Assembly (NCBI GenBank): GCA_951406725.2 | Contig: OX597833.1 | Coordinates: forward strand, 67,642,001-67,706,000 | DNA from: Octopus vulgaris | Taxonomy: Eukaryota | Direction of reading: 5' to 3' | Length of the DNA: 64,000 nucleotides | In this document: piece after piece, positions 59,311-64,000 of the stretch | Numbering within the stretch: the first letter of the stretch is position 1 | Layout: the number at the start of each line of letters is the position of its first letter | Notes under the pieces: generated by a model | What the model saw: only the letters and a program-made list of their open reading frames with translations | Databases searched by the model: none | Told to the model about the DNA's origin: nothing | Translations under genes and position numbers: made by a program

Positions 59311-60667
59311 TATAAATATATATATATATATATATATATGAATAAAAAAATGGATTATAAATATTTATATATATATATATATATATATATGAATAAAAAA
59401 ATGGAGTTATTCAACGTAAACACGAAGTTTCTACCTTTATAAACATGGAGTTACAACACCTTTACTTGTGAGATTTTTGCTGCCCTGGTAACTATTTATT
59501 TATTTTTTCCGTGTTAATTGTTAACAAGGTGAAAATACACTCATCTATTTATATATATATCTATATATATATCGAAAGTGTTTAACTCTCTATAAATACC
59601 AGAGTCCTGTCAATGAGGATCTTAGTCCACACAGTATCAAGATATGATATAATTAATATGTAACATATGGTATAATTATAAACAGGACAAATTCTAGCCA
59701 CTTCTCCGCAGTCAACTGAAAAAAAAATTATGAACAACCTTAATCAATTTTCGAACCTTATTGGGGTCTCATCAGTGGCGTCCGCATCAGATTTATTATA
59801 ATAAAGGATATCTAAGCCAGACGCGCCCCTATTTCTGCTTTCCAACTGATTTGACCAGCTGTTTTGTCCAACATGAAATTATTTAAAAGGAGATCAATGT
59901 AGATTGAAGGATATTTGGTGCGCTCTCTGGAAGCTCGACTTAAATATTAAGGCTCCGTCGCGCACTTCTTTACAGATGCTTGTGACAACGCGTCCATAGA
60001 ATATTTGTACATATTTATTGTAATATATCGAGACTTCGTTTTCTGTCTACCATATTGTTAAGGAACTTTCATGCCATTCTTTCTTTCTTTTCATCCTTTT
60101 TATTTTTCGTTTCGTTTTTGGCCCACAATTCTCTCGTATACACATCTTGTTTTGTCTCCAAACATAAAAACGCATTTTATTGATAGCAATTCTTTTTTTC
60201 TCCACGTATTCATATTTTTAATAATTTCATAGCATTTCATTTTAGTTTTTGCATAAATTTCGCTTGCAGATATTCATAACATTTCTATAAAGAATTTTTT
60301 TTTCAGCAAATGTTTTAGCAGAAAACAAAACGATGAAGACGAGAATAACAGAATAGACCAATAAATATGTCTATATGAGGAATAATAGACAGGAGAATCG
60401 ACACCAACAAAAAAACAAAATGGTAGACAAATGTATCTCATAGTGTCGCGATGTTGCATTGTAATAGCAATAAACACGGTACTATACGATATTTTTACAA
60501 ACAAAAAAAAAAACAGAAAAGGGAAGAAAGAATATGAATTGGAATCTATACATTTGCATAAGGTATACACAACCATATTTACATATATGTAAATGGATAG
60601 AGAGCAACAGAGTTACATACGCATACGTAAATAACTGGATATATAAACATACACGTATGTATATATA

Positions 60668-60713
<46 letters not shown>

Positions 60714-60815
60714 CGTTGTTTCATGTGATTTCGAAACACAATTTTAACATTATTCATATTCACATACAAAGACCCTGACACACACATTTATATAGACACA
60801 AACATACACACACCT

Positions 60816-60855
<40 letters not shown>

Positions 60856-61237
60856 CTCCACCACCACCACCACCACTACATATGGAGGCAAGAGGCCAAG
60901 TGGATAGTGTGTTGCCTTCACGATCTCAGAGGTTGTAGGTTCGATTCCCAGACCGCCTGTGAGCTGTCTTTTGAGGCAAAACATAGCATTGTTTGTCGCT
61001 CCAGTCCACTACCTGAAAATTGCTAATCCTACAAGAGACTGGCGTTCCACTGAGGGACAATTTTCACCGCCCCTCCTAGCTAATGGGTGGAACCATTCCA
61101 ATTTGGTCTCAAGGGTGAATTTTGGACAACCTGCGAGATTATAAATTAATTAACTAATTAGTTGTAATCCAGCAAATAAAGTGTGTGTATGTGTGTCTGT
61201 CTATCTATCTATCTATATATATATCTATATATCTATA

Positions 61238-61272
<35 letters not shown>

Positions 61273-62492
61273 ACACACACATATCTATATATATGCATGT
61301 ACATATGTGCATATTTTTTGAAACTGTTCGGATAATCCCGCACTAATTTTTGGTGTCTCAACTAATTCATCTGAATTTCAGTTATTTCGCTTAACTCGTC
61401 AACCAAACCTATATATATATATATATATATATGATATATATTAATGTATATAATATATATGTATATATATCTGCCAACCAAGTGTGGCGTTCTATACGGG
61501 ACAGCAATACTGAAGTTTATAGCTCCAGGAAGATATCTCTTCCAACTGGCTAACGACACATATTCTGTGTCCGATTAGTATTTGCGAGGGGAGGTCATCC
61601 CTCCCATCCCTAGCCTTACGTGATACATACGGACGCATGTTTCTGGGTGGTTACCCGTCCTCAGCGAGTGTTAATCACCAGCTTACTCTTTATTATAGAC
61701 ACAAGGCCTGAACACAGAGGGGACACACATAAACATGCAGGAGCAAAAAGCAAGGAGAATGAATTACAATAAATTAAATAATAATGAATATGAGACGGTT
61801 TTCTCGGTCCCACTCCGAGACGAAACCGTGATTACTTTTTTACAATTAAACGTTTTTACAGTCATTTTTCTTTTTTTACCTTTTTTAGCTTGCTCTTTTT
61901 CTTAGTCTTTTGCTGTTTTTTCTGTCGTTTTTTTCTTTTTTCTTTATACATTTTAACAGTCTATTTTCCTCGTTTTTTATGAAGTACAAATTTTACTTAC
62001 TTATTTTTAAATGTTCATAAATGGTTTCAAATCTTCTAATTCCACGACCACTGGGAGCTCGTCCAACTCGACTTCAGCCTCCAGCGGGTCTATGAAAAGT
62101 TCATACATCTCTCTTAATTTCAAAAATCTCTCTTTATCTACGACCATTCCTCTCGTGTATTCCGGGCACCTTCCTGGCGGCAGCCCTGCTCCCATGACAA
62201 ATTTATATTTCACATCGAAGAAATCACAACCAACACCCAGTGGGAATCACCAGCTAATGATGAAAATTCACTCCACTCGCAAAATACTATATGCTTTCTC
62301 CAGCGACAAACCGTCGCTGATCTCGAAAGAATAGAAATAAGCCAGGTGGAACAGAAGTCTTCTTGTGGCTATAAATGTCAGTAGTACTGTCCCGTATACG
62401 ACGCCACACTTGGTGTATAAGCAAGACACCATGAAGAAGAATGGAGAAGAACGCATCTTCAAAATTTCGTTTATGACAGTATTATACTCATT

Positions 62493-63270
62493 AAGGCGGC
62501 GAGCTGGCAGAAACGTTAGCACGCCGGGCGAAATGATTAGCGGTATTTCGTCTGCCGCTACGTTCTGAGTTCAAATTCCGCCGAGGTCGACTTTGCCTTT
62601 CATCCTTTCGGGGTCGATTAAATAAGTACCAGTTACGCACTGGAGTCGATATAATCGACTTAATCCGTTTGTCTGTCCTTGTTTGTCCTCTCTGTGTTTA
62701 GCCCCTTGTGGGTATTAAAGAAATAGGTATTTTGTCTGCCACTACGTTCTGAGTTCAAATTCCGCCGAGGTCGACTTTGCCTTTCATCCTTTCGGGGTCG
62801 ATTAAATAAGTACCAGTTATGCACTGGAGTCGATATAATCGACTTAATCCGTTTGTCTGTCCTTGTTTGTCCTCTCTGTGTTTAGCCCCTGTGGGTTTAG
62901 GTATTTTGTCTGCCACTACGTTCTGAGTTCAAATTCCGCCGAGGTCGACTTTGCCTTTCATCCTTTCGGGGTCGATTAAATAAGTACCAGTTACGCACTG
63001 GAGTCGATATAATCGACTTAATCCGTTTGTCTGTCCTTGTTTGTCCTCTCTGTGTTTAGCCCCTTGTGGGTATTAAAGAAATAGGTATTTTGTCTGCCAC
63101 TACGTTCTGAGTTCAAATTCCGCCGAGGTCGACTTTGCCTTTCATCCTTTCGGGGTCGATTAAATAAGTACCAGTTACGCACTGAAGGTCGATATAATCG
63201 ACTTAATCTGTTTGTCTGTCCTTGTTTGTCCTCTCTGTGTTTAGCCCCTTGTGGGTAGTAAAGAAATAGG
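62493..63270 (+). mobile_element. SINE family B head followed by four near-identical tandem units (184, 174, 184, ~187 bp)
   Basis: ggtattt(c/t)gtctgcc starts at 62542, 62726, 62900 and 63084. Confidence 0.95.
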
Positions 63271-63359
63271 TTTTATACTCATTAAATTCCAATCCGGGCC
63301 GTGTCTCTGCTGTGTAAGTTTCCTAATGTCTTTTGATGTGCTTCGGGCCGTCCAAAGAC

Positions 63360-63480
63360 AAGTCTTTGGACGGCCCGTGGCTTTAGTAGAAGACACTTGC
63401 CTTAAGTGCCACGCAGAGGGACTGAAACCGGAAGTATGTGTTTGGTAAGCAAGCTACTTACCACACAACCATGCTTGCAT
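63360..63480 (-). mobile_element. SINE family A head fragment
   Basis: gtagaagacacttgcc...gggactgaaacc...ggtaagcaagctacttaccacac. Other partial A copies at ~11345, ~21990, ~31735, ~34100, ~54950. Confidence 0.8.
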
Positions 63481-63824
63481 CTATATCTCTATACGCCAAT
63501 ATCTCTATATATTTGCGTACATATTATAAAGAATCACTGATTCCAATATATCCGTATAGAAAGTATTAAAATACTGGAGTTACTCTGCTGAACACATAGC
63601 CCACTGACCCCCCACACAAGAAAAAAGGGTATAGTATATACATACCACTAAAAACAATAGCGAAATGAAAGCCTATATATATATATTCTTGAATCAATGT
63701 GTAATATATTGCTATATACATTTACACATAAATATATATATTCGTATATATGTGCTTGTATGTATGCGTGTGTCCATGTACATAAATAATATACGTCCAA
63801 ATATACATTTGCATAGACACATAC

Positions 63825-63881
<57 letters not shown>

Positions 63882-64000
63882 TATATATATATATACATGT
63901 GTGTGTGTGTATATATGTAAATATATATATGTATATATATACACACACACACATATATATATGCATATATATATAAATACATATAGATATATTTATATAT

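Noticed and set aside
61790-61990. Hairpin 61795-61829 followed by T-rich sequence, as intrinsic terminator or SECIS
   Set aside because: Eukaryotic context makes a bacterial terminator irrelevant. The ATGA/GA flanks are on the strand opposite the TGA-containing frame and the loop lacks the AA motif.
62542-63270. CRISPR-like regular repeats
   Set aside because: Whole ~184-bp units repeat with no unique spacers; this is a SINE tandem array.

Overview
AT-rich, repeat-saturated eukaryotic intronic/intergenic DNA. The SINE families and extreme (TA)n/(CA)n/(ATT)n/(ATCT)n load resemble an Octopus (coleoid cephalopod) genome; this is an inference from the repeats only. No intact protein-coding gene is supported, and almost all ORFs in the track are microsatellite artefacts. 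Recognisable content: decayed non-LTR retrotransposon fragments (two R4/Dong-like, one Hero-like RLE end, one CR1-group 3' end, one Penelope-like RT piece), three Tc1/mariner remnants, one complete non-autonomous Helitron, two Helentron/HINE-like elements, and many tRNA-derived SINEs from at least three families, two of them in tandem arrays. The most notable signal is a set of several unrelated short (100-450 bp) elements, mostly embedded in (TA)n tracts, each carrying a minimal type-I hammerhead ribozyme fold with a palindromic stem III. Two families use the compensatory U3-A8 core (UUGAAAA), one fuses a tRNA/Pol III head to the hammerhead, and one forms a ~335-bp tandem dimer. Together they look like a Penelope-dependent retrozyme/SINE-like system. 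All family names come from recalled motifs, not database searches, and element boundaries are approximate.
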